A stretch of DNA of 64,000 nt from Oceanospirillales bacterium (GCA_029027825.1 CP093399.1:177828-241827); one strand, 5' to 3'; shown: positions 31,501-39,704, counted from the first letter of the stretch. Notes: generated from the sequence alone by a model not told the origin. A program made the numbers and translations.

Positions 31501-34500
31501 AAAAAACCCAAGAAGCACAGACTAAAATCAGTGCCGATACTATTGCTTTAAAAGCAGCAGCGGGTATTGATGCCTCTGTGGGGGTTGCACCTGAGGGAAG
31601 CTTAGAGCAAGCCATGGATAAGCTGGTGGCAGAGCCGGGCATGGAATGGCTCAAAGAGCTTAAGCAACGAGACGATGTTAATTGGCAGGCAGTCGAAACT
31701 GAATTTAATGATTGGCACTACGAGCAGTCGGGTTTAAGCGCGCTAGCTTCACTGATTATTGCAATTGCCGTGGGTGTGGCGATGGGGCCGATGGGAGCTG
31801 GCTATGTCGGAGGATCTGGTGGGGTTGGTGCTGCAGCAGCTGCAGGAGGAGGCTCAATTGGCACCGCAGTGGGAAGTGGTGCGTTGGGGATAGCTTTAGA
31901 GGCAGGTACAGTTTCTTTAGCGACAACAGCAAGCATTAGCTTAATTAATAATAAGGGTGATATAGGCGCTGTATTCAAAGAGCTAGGTAGTAGCGCCAAT
32001 GTTAAAAGCTTAATTACCAGCATGGTTACAGCTGGTGTTGTTAATAAGGCTGGTCTTTCAAAGCTGACAAATGTGGATGCCAGCTTTACAGATCATCTAA
32101 AAGGTGCCATCTATACTAGCGCGATTGAAACAAGTGCTAAAGTAGCGATTAATGGTGGCAGTTTCAAAGACAGTTTCAAAGACAGTTTAAAAGGCAGTTT
32201 CTTGAGTAACTTAGTAGATGTAGCAGGTAAAAATGTTACTAAGCTAATAGGTGATCAAGAGCATACGGATACTGGAGGTCTTGGCTGGAAGCAAGCTGGA
32301 GTTGAGAAAACATTAGCCCATGCTTTAGTAGGCTGTGTAACAAGTGCAGCCAAAGGCGGAGATTGTAAAGCAGGTGCGATAGGTGCCGCAGTCGCCGAAC
32401 AGTTATCACCATATTTGGAAGATAACAGTGAAAATAAAGAATGGGAGATTGAGCTAACTAATCAGCTGAGTTTAGCATTAATCAGCGCAGGGGCGGCCGC
32501 AATAGCTGGTGGTAGCGATGAAGAACTTGTTGATGCGGCGAACAGTGCGAAACAGACCGACAACTATAACCGTAAATTGCACTTAGATGAAATCCAAGCG
32601 ATTAAAGAAAAAGCTAAGCAATTAAGTGTATTACACCCTGAAAAAACAGAAGTTGAATGGATTGAAGCGCTAGGCATGGAAGCACTGCGCAGAACAGATA
32701 AGCTTCACCGCATACAAAACAAGGTTACTCTAGATCCTCTGGTCGTTAAATCATTGGATGAGCTTGCATTCAAACATGGCACAGCGTTCAGTAAGAAGGT
32801 AGCAGGCCAGTTTAACTTCCTAGGTCAAGATGCTTACTATGAAAACTCAGCGACTTTTGCTGGTAATATTTTAACTAATCGTGAATTTTATGATGATGTC
32901 TTTGCCAGTGCGGTACCTGAAAACAATTTAGGATTTACCGGCAGCGATGTCGCATTAATTCACTCTATGGCCAATGTTGGAATAAAAACTTATGGCTTTA
33001 ATGACAATACCTTTGATGCAGATGACTTCCAGATCCTAGACCCTAGCGACGAGAAATCTGATTTAGATAATATGCTGACGTTAAAAATGTTAGGCAATGA
33101 ATTAAATCAAACTTTAAAAAAGTCGCGTGTAATCGATCGATTGGCAAAAAAAGAATATTTTACTTTAAAAAATCAGCGTGAATCCGATCCGAATACAGTG
33201 ACTCAACAGCAAGTTGAGAGTGCTTATGATAAATGGGGTGTAACGGGTAATATCGTTCGAATCGCATCTAAAGGGCAAAAAGTTGTCACTTTTGAAATAG
33301 GCGCGTTGCTTAATAAGGGAATTCGCGGTGGAGCGGCAAATGCTGTCGGTAAGATCGCAGAAGATACTCTTAGATTATTAGCAGGCGTGCCATTCGCAGT
33401 GACGCTACTTGCGAGTGCGGCTGCAGGTGATGAAAGCTCACGGGCTGAAGTTAACCAAGCATTAGCCGCTGTTGCTGATGTCCTACAAAACTTAGATAAA
33501 CTGCCACAGCAGACCGCAGATGCAATAATGGCAGATTTAGAGCGTGCAGAAGCAGCTTACAATAACGGTGAACTCGAAAAAGCTGGTGAAATAGTCGGTC
33601 AGTTACAAGCCGAAATGATTTCAGCCGCAGGTGCAGTAGGCGGAGCAGCAAAAGGTTTAAGCTCTGGCTTGCAATACTTTGCGAAGAAAGTGAACAAACC
33701 TAATGCAGATAAATACGGCTCTGAGTTAGCGACAAATTGCTCTTTCGCAGGTAATACACAAGTATTAACCTCTAACGGGTATATCCAAATAAGCCAGTTA
33801 CGTGAAGGTGAGAGCGTTTGGTCAAGAAACAGTAATAATGGTCAAATGGGCTGGAAAACAGTCTTAGCGCAATATTCTAATCCTTATAAATACACGGTGA
33901 ATGTGAGTATTGCAGATAGGCAATCAGGTGAGATACAAACGATTACTTCTAATCGCATCCATCCGTTTTTCGTACAAACTGTAGAAAAAGTAGCTAAGAA
34001 CTCTGAAGAACATGATTATCAAGGACCAATAGCAAATGGGCAGTGGGTAGATGCCTCTGAATTAAAAGCAGGCTATAAGCTTTTAAATGATGATCAGAGC
34101 TGGTCAGAAGTCGTATCTATTAGTGTTGAAACTAAGTCATTTACAGCATACAATTTAACAGTTGATGATTACCATACCTATTTTGTAAAGGGAGAATCTT
34201 CTAGGGAAGTGAGGCCAGTTTGGGTTCATAATGATTGTTGGGATAGTAAACCAGATAGTGCAGAGGGTCTTACTGATACAAAAGATCCAATATCAACAAA
34301 CTTATCTCAACCTGGCGGGCTTAATGCAACAGAAGGAGATAGGGTCGTCAAACCAAATGGGAAGCTCACTAAACCGACACATCCTCTCGCTAAACATGGC
34401 CCTGATGTAACTGATGAGTACTTAATCACGCGTGTTGAAACTGAGTTATTAAAAGGTAAACGGCCAAGAGAAGGGTTTCGTACGAAATTTAATGATAGAG

Positions 34501-34769
34501 CCCAAATGGAGGAAGCTATCAATAATGTCGTAGAAACGCGCAAAGTTGATATTGATGATTGGTTAACTTCAAACCCTAATCCCGGTTCTTTAATGAGCTT
34601 CAGTGCAAGTTCGAAAATTGATAACTTAGGGAAAGGATTTCAAAGTGTAAAGCAAGCTGATGGCAGCTTTAAAATCGAACCGATTACGAGACCATTAAAT
34701 GAAGTTAATTTAGTTCTCAAGTCTGATGGCGCAGGCGGTTATCTAATACACACAGCTCATCCACAGTAG
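25536..34769 (+). CDS. cdiA: CdiA-like TpsA: signal peptide, TPS domain, FHA repeats, DUF637-like region, pre-toxin Hint, RNase A-like C-terminal toxin
   Basis: NPNL and VANPNGVTCNGCGF, hemagglutinin repeats, MEWLKELKQRDDVNWQAVE...GLSALASLIIAIAV, Hint CSF...YFV...WVHN, tip HPLAKH..TDE.L.R...F.DR..V.LVLK...YLIHTAHP. Confidence 0.88.
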   Translation: MNNTITPTNNVLKLHCTRVLVALLTFQLAFQPMTALAENFKLEGGGNHAPSTSRPFVDGANNGVPVVNINTPNSQGLSHNTYQHFNVSPSGVVLNNNATNVNSQQAGWIGGNPNLRTGNEARIILNEVIGASRSQLNGYIEVAGKKANVIVANPNGVTCNGCGFVNTDRVILTTGAAQFNNDGSLNAFRTTTGDIQILGNGLDGSGQQRVDILGQAVKVYGKIKVQGKLNVVTGNNSIDYLNGQVTKNSETAEDGSIGLDVSNLGGMYANQINLQVIDKGAGVNMQAGELIAIDQIFLSADGEVAIAGGRIESSQADIIINANKLSINADENDTTSQWLAKQDIVISTQADTSLNKVSFASEKNISISQTKSELAANSHVLHIKNSQLEAKGNLNITADKLIISNQSALIAEIKLQLQGIDIELTDSALVVHTDSVNSNYGDLLISAEKSFSMTGGSITAANNLDLQASYIEIKNARVAALHNLTLNGVGSLAADIVKAGQITIEDSYVIAAAGDLKLFANTVEIKGTYELDINNLEIRDANGNAKSKSQLWAGNNIEIQSSTFTNTNGLLWAANDLQIDLDGQGTRAERISNQQGTLVVANGDVTLAADLVENTGQKPTFIVDGINETWTDLAGVSATDVIGDTYKLIDAQYLTNGKVDSTNNAAYLDLLISLMEGTPLTTAAKNLLKDSVIDGDKVKSELRNSWNLLKTKATAQSIADLDTYLKGLLATTIEKEIAGVTQEITVSLASGLNPLILDDYLALWEAVINGGTIPTNSLSLIKAENKTDEQLISSVNTKFVNMRASTNVPYEIKYFLKADKLNLDGFLGRIIAGNDINIDSDRFKNIHANLAAGNDITITADSEMVNQSFAASKVIVEVHKKACFTCHEGKQGYGDSFGGKLQAKNNFLLNVAIGNLSSTVEESSNGDSKIADLVVAVNQDTSATRDQLDETHDNRSDEAAVITAKQDSVDSLGTRQTEVSADTRVDNATVINGENTSVKIVTTDGVVINIPRSLIGVIEDKIDTSEVPLSEAQLYPRELNLNYTDYLTFLSSAFTAGRLGNHRELRDAAFGDGFPSPGQLADGFDNTLGDGWSNRNTAIANENALTREEWLQRTQRAMRKIQQQIKIETFISGALVSIMDKGAINTQNSLHQGGALIAAQQINLNVKGDINLQGEVNAEQQLTIATQGDLNSEAQLTATNQLTIDAENIKQTGGAIKAKNVILKSQQDTDIIASNIAAEQNLSIEAGNDISIGSQLNKSTGIRAGKRWNSEKRIASEINAGGDISLTSGQDVNIKGSSVTAQQAIDVTAGRDINILSETEKRDYSYTQTTEKILTEQSPTVKSRDTAVVSTITKTTVNATELAQAKSILNSGADITLNAGRDLNISASDLVTDSNIVAHADGEINISSAITERNEAKAVSKATVVKPAYRANTGKYRDRDVVFSEENQLNEHKKIQVASHLDALGNIQLSSGTDTTINASQLNAGGYIAIKAADDINITAENNQINTYTKIGNTTQANQDTVAAVSELKSIGNLILESGADVNLEGTVLAAIEKLEVTAAGNINVAAVKQQHNQQQRTTGSYTENRRRRDDDYTVTIETSNSKNSQLTDYKGASLKGDGVSISSGKSITATAANIVSDDKLTLSAGDDVNLEAAQGTSQTQTDNTGGSKGFLGGRGAAKVQTNTTFQQGTTLESTGDTEITALQDINVASSTIRAKQDINIAAANNIIITSERESSSTKKAYRNTYNNNMTQSGSEISADGSTLLYAQQNIGVEGSLIDAKETTKLQADENIVISSAEEFRTSGYSYKKKSGFMGHRKKSIKHSEQYLTHKAATLSGDEGVEISSGANTQIVASDVISSKSDINIATGGELLQLAQLDKTRIQHSKKKSSAWGLVKKNHTLDKVNHSANGSISEAMGNVALRSGGSTRLQASEFKAASVNITAGIDTQGQVINPNAKIYLDSITEFSSLRESIFDSSGLKYISIDKGFEKTQEAQTKISADTIALKAAAGIDASVGVAPEGSLEQAMDKLVAEPGMEWLKELKQRDDVNWQAVETEFNDWHYEQSGLSALASLIIAIAVGVAMGPMGAGYVGGSGGVGAAAAAGGGSIGTAVGSGALGIALEAGTVSLATTASISLINNKGDIGAVFKELGSSANVKSLITSMVTAGVVNKAGLSKLTNVDASFTDHLKGAIYTSAIETSAKVAINGGSFKDSFKDSLKGSFLSNLVDVAGKNVTKLIGDQEHTDTGGLGWKQAGVEKTLAHALVGCVTSAAKGGDCKAGAIGAAVAEQLSPYLEDNSENKEWEIELTNQLSLALISAGAAAIAGGSDEELVDAANSAKQTDNYNRKLHLDEIQAIKEKAKQLSVLHPEKTEVEWIEALGMEALRRTDKLHRIQNKVTLDPLVVKSLDELAFKHGTAFSKKVAGQFNFLGQDAYYENSATFAGNILTNREFYDDVFASAVPENNLGFTGSDVALIHSMANVGIKTYGFNDNTFDADDFQILDPSDEKSDLDNMLTLKMLGNELNQTLKKSRVIDRLAKKEYFTLKNQRESDPNTVTQQQVESAYDKWGVTGNIVRIASKGQKVVTFEIGALLNKGIRGGAANAVGKIAEDTLRLLAGVPFAVTLLASAAAGDESSRAEVNQALAAVADVLQNLDKLPQQTADAIMADLERAEAAYNNGELEKAGEIVGQLQAEMISAAGAVGGAAKGLSSGLQYFAKKVNKPNADKYGSELATNCSFAGNTQVLTSNGYIQISQLREGESVWSRNSNNGQMGWKTVLAQYSNPYKYTVNVSIADRQSGEIQTITSNRIHPFFVQTVEKVAKNSEEHDYQGPIANGQWVDASELKAGYKLLNDDQSWSEVVSISVETKSFTAYNLTVDDYHTYFVKGESSREVRPVWVHNDCWDSKPDSAEGLTDTKDPISTNLSQPGGLNATEGDRVVKPNGKLTKPTHPLAKHGPDVTDEYLITRVETELLKGKRPREGFRTKFNDRAQMEEAINNVVETRKVDIDDWLTSNPNPGSLMSFSASSKIDNLGKGFQSVKQADGSFKIEPITRPLNEVNLVLKSDGAGGYLIHTAHPQ
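33738..34232 (+). other. Pre-toxin Hint (bacterial intein-like) domain within CdiA, Cys2735 to C-terminal His-Asn (165 aa)
   Basis: CSFAGNTQV, NRIHPFF, AYNLTVDDYHTYFV, VWVHN; next residue is Asp. Confidence 0.88.
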
Positions 34770-34778
34770 GTCGATATC

Positions 34779-35069
34779 ATGAATTGGGAAAAAGGTCTAG
34801 GAAACATATTTGGTGCATACATCAATCAGCAAACATTAGAAGATGGTGTTGAAGAAATGACAGATGTTAGTGCAGACGATATTAGTTGTCACAATGACTT
34901 CTTGTCATGTATTGAGAATGGTATTAACTCATGTAAACAAAATGAACAGACTTCTATATCCTTAATTAATAAAAGTGGTTATCAAGTTAGAAATCTCGAG
35001 TCCGCATTAGAAATTCTTCAAGATTTAATGGAAGCATATAAAGAAAGTTACTCTAATAAATGTAATTAA
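34779..35069 (+). CDS. cdiI: CdiI immunity protein for the RNase A-like toxin
   Basis: 96-aa acidic ORF 9 bp after the cdiA stop; LGNIFGAYINQ resembles the L.xFgaYFHQD start of immunity proteins paired with RNase A-like tips. Confidence 0.75.
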   Translation: MNWEKGLGNIFGAYINQQTLEDGVEEMTDVSADDISCHNDFLSCIENGINSCKQNEQTSISLINKSGYQVRNLESALEILQDLMEAYKESYSNKCN

Positions 35070-35106
35070 AAATTTGATGGGAGTAGCTTTACCTTCTGCG
35101 CCGTAG

Positions 35107-35670
35107 ACTATTAGTGCAGAGGGTAATGCAGCTTCAACAAATAAGCCAAACTCTGGTACTCAGCCGGGGGCAACTGACGCTGAAGCTGGCACTGCGGGTA
35201 GTGGAATTAAATCAGGTTTCGGTGTGCCAGAAAACATGCCACCTCGACACGAGTTATTTGATGTAGAAGGAATTTCTGTAAATCGTCAGTCTCATGTGCT
35301 TGATGGACAAGTAAATCAAAGCGGAACAAGAGCTACAGGTGGTCATTGGCTGGGATCAACGAATGTACGACCAGTTTCTGGCTCAGCTCAAGAAATTGGT
35401 AACGGTGTGATTTCGGCTGAAATCAAAATCCTTGATTCTAATACTGGCGCTTATATCCTCAAGTCTAACAACGGAGGCCGATCTACTTTATTCCCTGCAA
35501 ATTGGAATTCTAATAGAGTTATGGATGAGGTGTCTGTTGCAAATAACAATGCAGTTCGGGTTGGCAATAGTAATTATTACGATGGTGTTTCTCCGTCAGG
35601 CGTCATAGTTAGGTTCGTAAAACCTAACGGTAAAGACTCAGTTACTTTTTATCCAAGAGATCCGCAATGA
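35107..35670 (+). pseudogene. Orphan toxin C-terminal module, bacterial EndoU-like RNase
   Basis: Frame open from 35107 with no ATG before the linker (possible GTG 35224/ATG 35236); SHVLDG...GGH, STLFPANW, YDGVSPSGV, TFYP. Confidence 0.78.
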
Positions 35671-36137
35671 ATAAGAAAGAAGTAAATTTGAAAAGTACTT
35701 CGGTAAATATTAAGTGGTCTGATGATAACCCAAAATTACGCCACTATATTGTTGATGGTAGTGATCGTGCTCAAAGTGTGATTTCTTGGGTTTATAATAC
35801 GAGTTGTTCTACTCCTCAACTGATTATTAATGATTGTAAGTCTGTATTAGACAAAATAAACCTTTTGAAAGAAACAGGATTGAACTCAAGCCATGGTTCT
35901 CTCTATTCATATAATCAGTTGTTCAATTTAGATAACCTAGCAGAGATAAGGGATGAGTGGGACTTCAATGATTGTGTATTCTTACCTATAGAAGAGCTTA
36001 TAAAAGTCATTGAGCACTTTCATCGGCTGTTTGTTGATCAGAGGTCTGGTGTTATAAATTTTTCTCTTTATGACTTAGAGCCATCTTATCGATCTGATGC
36101 TGAGCACTTTGATGAAAACGGAAATGTTGTTTTTTGA
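35667..36137 (+). CDS. Putative immunity protein for the orphan EndoU toxin
   Basis: ATGA overlap with the toxin stop; 156-aa acidic protein; position typical of CT/immunity pairs. Confidence 0.65.
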   Translation: MNKKEVNLKSTSVNIKWSDDNPKLRHYIVDGSDRAQSVISWVYNTSCSTPQLIINDCKSVLDKINLLKETGLNSSHGSLYSYNQLFNLDNLAEIRDEWDFNDCVFLPIEELIKVIEHFHRLFVDQRSGVINFSLYDLEPSYRSDAEHFDENGNVVF

Positions 36138-36180
36138 GATAATTGAGGTCAGACAAAAATTAATATCCAACCTACTAGGT

Positions 36181-36218
36181 TTAAACCTCAGCTACCCAGC
36201 TGGGGCTTTTTAGTTTTA
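36181..36218 (+). terminator. Rho-independent terminator (copy 2 of the 38-bp direct repeat)
   Basis: aaacctcagc-taccca-gctggggctt plus T-run. Confidence 0.7.
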
Positions 36219-36292
36219 GCTAGCCTGCTGTTGAATAATGGCATCTAGAAAGGCAATGGGGTCGCGTCTTGCCTTCAGGACAGACACCTACT

Positions 36293-36508
36293 TTGCCAGC
36301 AATCTTCCAGCAGAACAAAATCTTAGTATCGAAGCTGGTAATGACATAAGCATCGGCTCGCAATTAAACAAGAGCACCGGCATTAGAGCTGGAAAGCGCT
36401 GGAACAGTGAAAAACGAATCGCCTCAGAAATAAACGCCGGTGGTGGAATTTCTTTGACCTCCGGACAAGATGTCAACATCAAAGGCAGCAGTGTTACCGC
36501 ACAACAGG
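36293..36508 (+). repeat. 216-bp duplicate of cdiA stalk segment 29230-29445, carried in ORF 36238-36546
   Basis: Direct comparison: 3 mismatches in the 201-bp core plus 3 in the first 15 bp; same codon phase as cdiA. Confidence 0.92.
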
Positions 36509-36726
36509 GGGTGGCGTCTACAGAATTAGACCAGAGCTGGACATAGCTGCTAAAAATAGAGATTGTTTACAATTGTTTATAAATTATTTCAGTAATCATT
36601 TAAAGAAACCGGTAAAAAGTTGTAGTATATCAATGACTGAAACGTCTTGACGTTCCACTGTCCGTAAATTTTTTACATAGAATTTAATTGAATATGTTTT
36701 TATTTGTAACTGTCTAAGGTAATTGA

Positions 36727-39474
36727 TTGAATACTGAGAAGAAAGAAAGAGGTGCTAGGTATAAAATACGAAAGTTTGTACCATCATTTTTGCTGCAAAT
36801 ATGGGTGATATTAGTTGTTTGTGTGGTATTGGTTTCTGAGTTTCTTTGGTTGCCAAGCAACTTAGAATCTACCCTTAATCAGCACATCAATCGTTTTCAA
36901 TTTGTTTTGCAGGTTTCTAGTCGATTATTTGCTGCACAATCCTCTGATTTAGAACGCGATCTGTTACTTACTCTGCTTAATAAAAATGCTGAGTCACAAC
37001 ACTGGCTGGAAATAGTATATGCTGAAGAGGCTAGCCTAAGGCTGCAAGCGGCGGCTAATACAGAGCTGCAACTGTTACTTCAACCTTTATCTGATTCCTC
37101 TTTAGCCTATGGATTATGGTTCAACCCCACTGAAATTTTACGTGAGAAAGAAGCTTTATATCGCTGTTTTGAGTTAATTCTAATTGCTTTTGTTACCTTT
37201 ATTATAGCTATCATTTGGGTTAGGCGCTGTTCCTTTATAGCCTCGCTAAAGAAATTGATTGAATCTGCTAAATCATTAGCAGACGGCGATTTTAATACGC
37301 CATTTCCCAAGGTTAATCGTCATTCTGGATTAATTGGATTATATAACGCTTTTGAGGTTAGTCGTAAAGCTCTGTCAAAAAGCCGCTCGGAATTGCTCGA
37401 TCAAGTAGACACTAACAAGCTCAGTGAACAACGACTACACGATTCACAGGAAGTTGCTAAATTAGGTAGCTGGGAGTGGATAGTCCAAGAGGACACTATT
37501 TGGTTTTCAACCAGCTTAGAAAAGATACTGTCTATAAAGAAAAGCTCAGAACATCTTGGAATTAATGAGTTTTTTCAACAAGTACATCCCGCAGATAGAA
37601 AGGCATTGCTGCAAGGTCTCGGAGCAAAATTGCAAGTGGGCACGATCGTCTCTACTGATTTTCGAGTTTCAGTAGAAGGTGATATTAAGCATGTGCATTT
37701 GATGGCCAATGTGAAGCAACAAGCAGATGGGAAATTACGTCTGATTGGAACTTGCCAGGACATTAGTGAGCGCAAAGATATTGAATCACTACTGAAAAAA
37801 TTATCTAGTGCTATTACTGCCAGTAGTTCAGGGGTGATGATTACCGATTTGATCGGTATTGTTGAGTATTTAAACCCTAAGTTTACTGAAACTACCGGTT
37901 ATGAACTGGAGGACTTAGCGGGGAGTGCTTCAGTGATTCTATCTCGGGATTGCCTACCTGAAGGTCATTATGATGAAATTTGGGGGGATATACTCTCTGG
38001 AAAAAGCTGGCGTGGAGATTTACAAAATATCCGTAAAGATGGCAGTTTGTTTTGGTCCGTCGTCTCCATTTCTCCAATTAACAATGAATATAACGAATTA
38101 ACCCACTTTGTTATTGTCTGTGAAGATGTATCTGAGCTCAAAGATGCCCATGCAAAAATGGAACAACTAGCATTATTTGATGAATTAACCGGTCTGCCAA
38201 ACCGGAGATTACTGTTTAGAAAACTGACGGAATTATTTCGTCATGATGTTATGAAATCCCCTGCGGTAGTGATGTTATTAGATTTAGATAATTTTAAGGC
38301 AATAAATGACACCCAAGGTCATCCTGCGGGAGATAAATTATTAATTGAAGTGGCTAACCGTCTTAAATTGAGTCTGCCGGACGAAGGGTTCGCAGCACGT
38401 TTAGGAGGAGATGAATTTGCGATACTTATCAGTCCTGTCAAAAATGTAGAACAAATTGAAAACCTCGCTAAACAAGTACTTGATGATATTGCACGACCCT
38501 TTATTATCAATGGAAACGAGATAAAAATTAGCACTAGTATCGGGCTTGCCTGGCTGCCAAAAGATGGCAATATGCCCGATACTATTTTAAAACATGCAGA
38601 TTTAGCAATGTATCAAGCTAAGGAAATGGGGCGAAATCAATATCGTCAATTCACTGAGCAACTGCATGACCAGCTCCAGCGCTACATACGTTTCTCAAGG
38701 GAGTTACCTGAGGCACTAGCGAATGGCGATTTTTATTTATGCTTCCAGCCTAAAGTAGATCTAACCGCGAAAAAAATTATTGGGGTCGAGACTCTCATTC
38801 GCTGGAAACATCCTGAACTGGGAAATATTCCTCCTTTTGATTTTATCTCGATAGCGGAAGACAGCGGATTTATCGTCCCGCTGGGAAATTGGGTATTTGC
38901 TGAAGCCTGCCGACAAATGAAAAAATTGCGAGAAATGGGCTATGCCGATTTAACTTGCGCGATTAATATTTCACTGCGACAGTTTAGTGATCCTTCGCTA
39001 TTGGGGGTTATCGAAAAATCTGTTCGTGATAATGGTTTGAATCCGCAGAACCTCGAAGTTGAAATCACAGAATCATTGTTAATGGAAGATGTCGATAAAG
39101 CCATAATGACCTTGAAAAAAATTCAGAAGTTAGGGATTAGTGTCGCTATTGATGACTTCGGTACTGGATACTCTTCCTTTAGTTATTTGAAAAATTTACC
39201 GATCAATGTTTTAAAAGTAGATAGATGTTTTATTAAAGACATTCCGGAAAGCCAAGAAGACATGAAAATCACCTCGGCGATTATATCAATGGCACATAGC
39301 TTGAATCTAAAAGTGGTGGCTGAAGGTATAGAAACAGAGAGCCAGAGTGAAATATTGTTAGAGCAAAAGTGTGATATTGGACAAGGTTATTTATTTGGCA
39401 AGCCAATGAGGCTAGCTGAATTGAAGCAACAACTTGATCAAGAGGAATTTTTAAGGCAACTAGACCAAGGGTGA
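36727..39474 (+). CDS. Membrane HAMP-PAS-PAS-GGDEF-EAL diguanylate cyclase/phosphodiesterase
   Basis: DELTGLPNRR, DLDNFKAINDTQGH.AGD, RLGGDEF, FQPKV...VETLIRW, IDDFGTGYSS, VAEGIE. Confidence 0.92.
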   Translation: MNTEKKERGARYKIRKFVPSFLLQIWVILVVCVVLVSEFLWLPSNLESTLNQHINRFQFVLQVSSRLFAAQSSDLERDLLLTLLNKNAESQHWLEIVYAEEASLRLQAAANTELQLLLQPLSDSSLAYGLWFNPTEILREKEALYRCFELILIAFVTFIIAIIWVRRCSFIASLKKLIESAKSLADGDFNTPFPKVNRHSGLIGLYNAFEVSRKALSKSRSELLDQVDTNKLSEQRLHDSQEVAKLGSWEWIVQEDTIWFSTSLEKILSIKKSSEHLGINEFFQQVHPADRKALLQGLGAKLQVGTIVSTDFRVSVEGDIKHVHLMANVKQQADGKLRLIGTCQDISERKDIESLLKKLSSAITASSSGVMITDLIGIVEYLNPKFTETTGYELEDLAGSASVILSRDCLPEGHYDEIWGDILSGKSWRGDLQNIRKDGSLFWSVVSISPINNEYNELTHFVIVCEDVSELKDAHAKMEQLALFDELTGLPNRRLLFRKLTELFRHDVMKSPAVVMLLDLDNFKAINDTQGHPAGDKLLIEVANRLKLSLPDEGFAARLGGDEFAILISPVKNVEQIENLAKQVLDDIARPFIINGNEIKISTSIGLAWLPKDGNMPDTILKHADLAMYQAKEMGRNQYRQFTEQLHDQLQRYIRFSRELPEALANGDFYLCFQPKVDLTAKKIIGVETLIRWKHPELGNIPPFDFISIAEDSGFIVPLGNWVFAEACRQMKKLREMGYADLTCAINISLRQFSDPSLLGVIEKSVRDNGLNPQNLEVEITESLLMEDVDKAIMTLKKIQKLGISVAIDDFGTGYSSFSYLKNLPINVLKVDRCFIKDIPESQEDMKITSAIISMAHSLNLKVVAEGIETESQSEILLEQKCDIGQGYLFGKPMRLAELKQQLDQEEFLRQLDQG

Positions 39475-39496
39475 ACTGATTCTTTACTAAAACATA

Positions 39497-39704
39497 CCTG
39501 AATCCGTGACTTCAAAGTGAATACAGAGTGTAAGATATTGGTTCTACAGTGGAACTGAAAAATCTTAGCTGCAAGCTCATATGCTCCTGCATTCGCTAAA
39601 TAAATGCATCCATGCATAAAACCCATAGGTTCAGCGGGTATTTTTCTAACCGCTGTAAAATCAAGAGCTTGCGCTATGTGGTGCAGTGAAGTCACTGATT
39701 TAGG
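39497..39704 (+). mobile_element. MITE-like repeat family A, 208-bp copy
   Basis: TIR cctgaatccgtgacttca/tgaagtcactgatttagg with TA-rich flanks. Confidence 0.85.

Noticed and set aside
38790-38800. ETL in place of EAL in the phosphodiesterase domain
   Set aside because: Common tolerated variant; other catalytic motifs are intact
39438-39695. 85-aa minus-strand ORF
   Set aside because: Formed by the family A element; no transposase features
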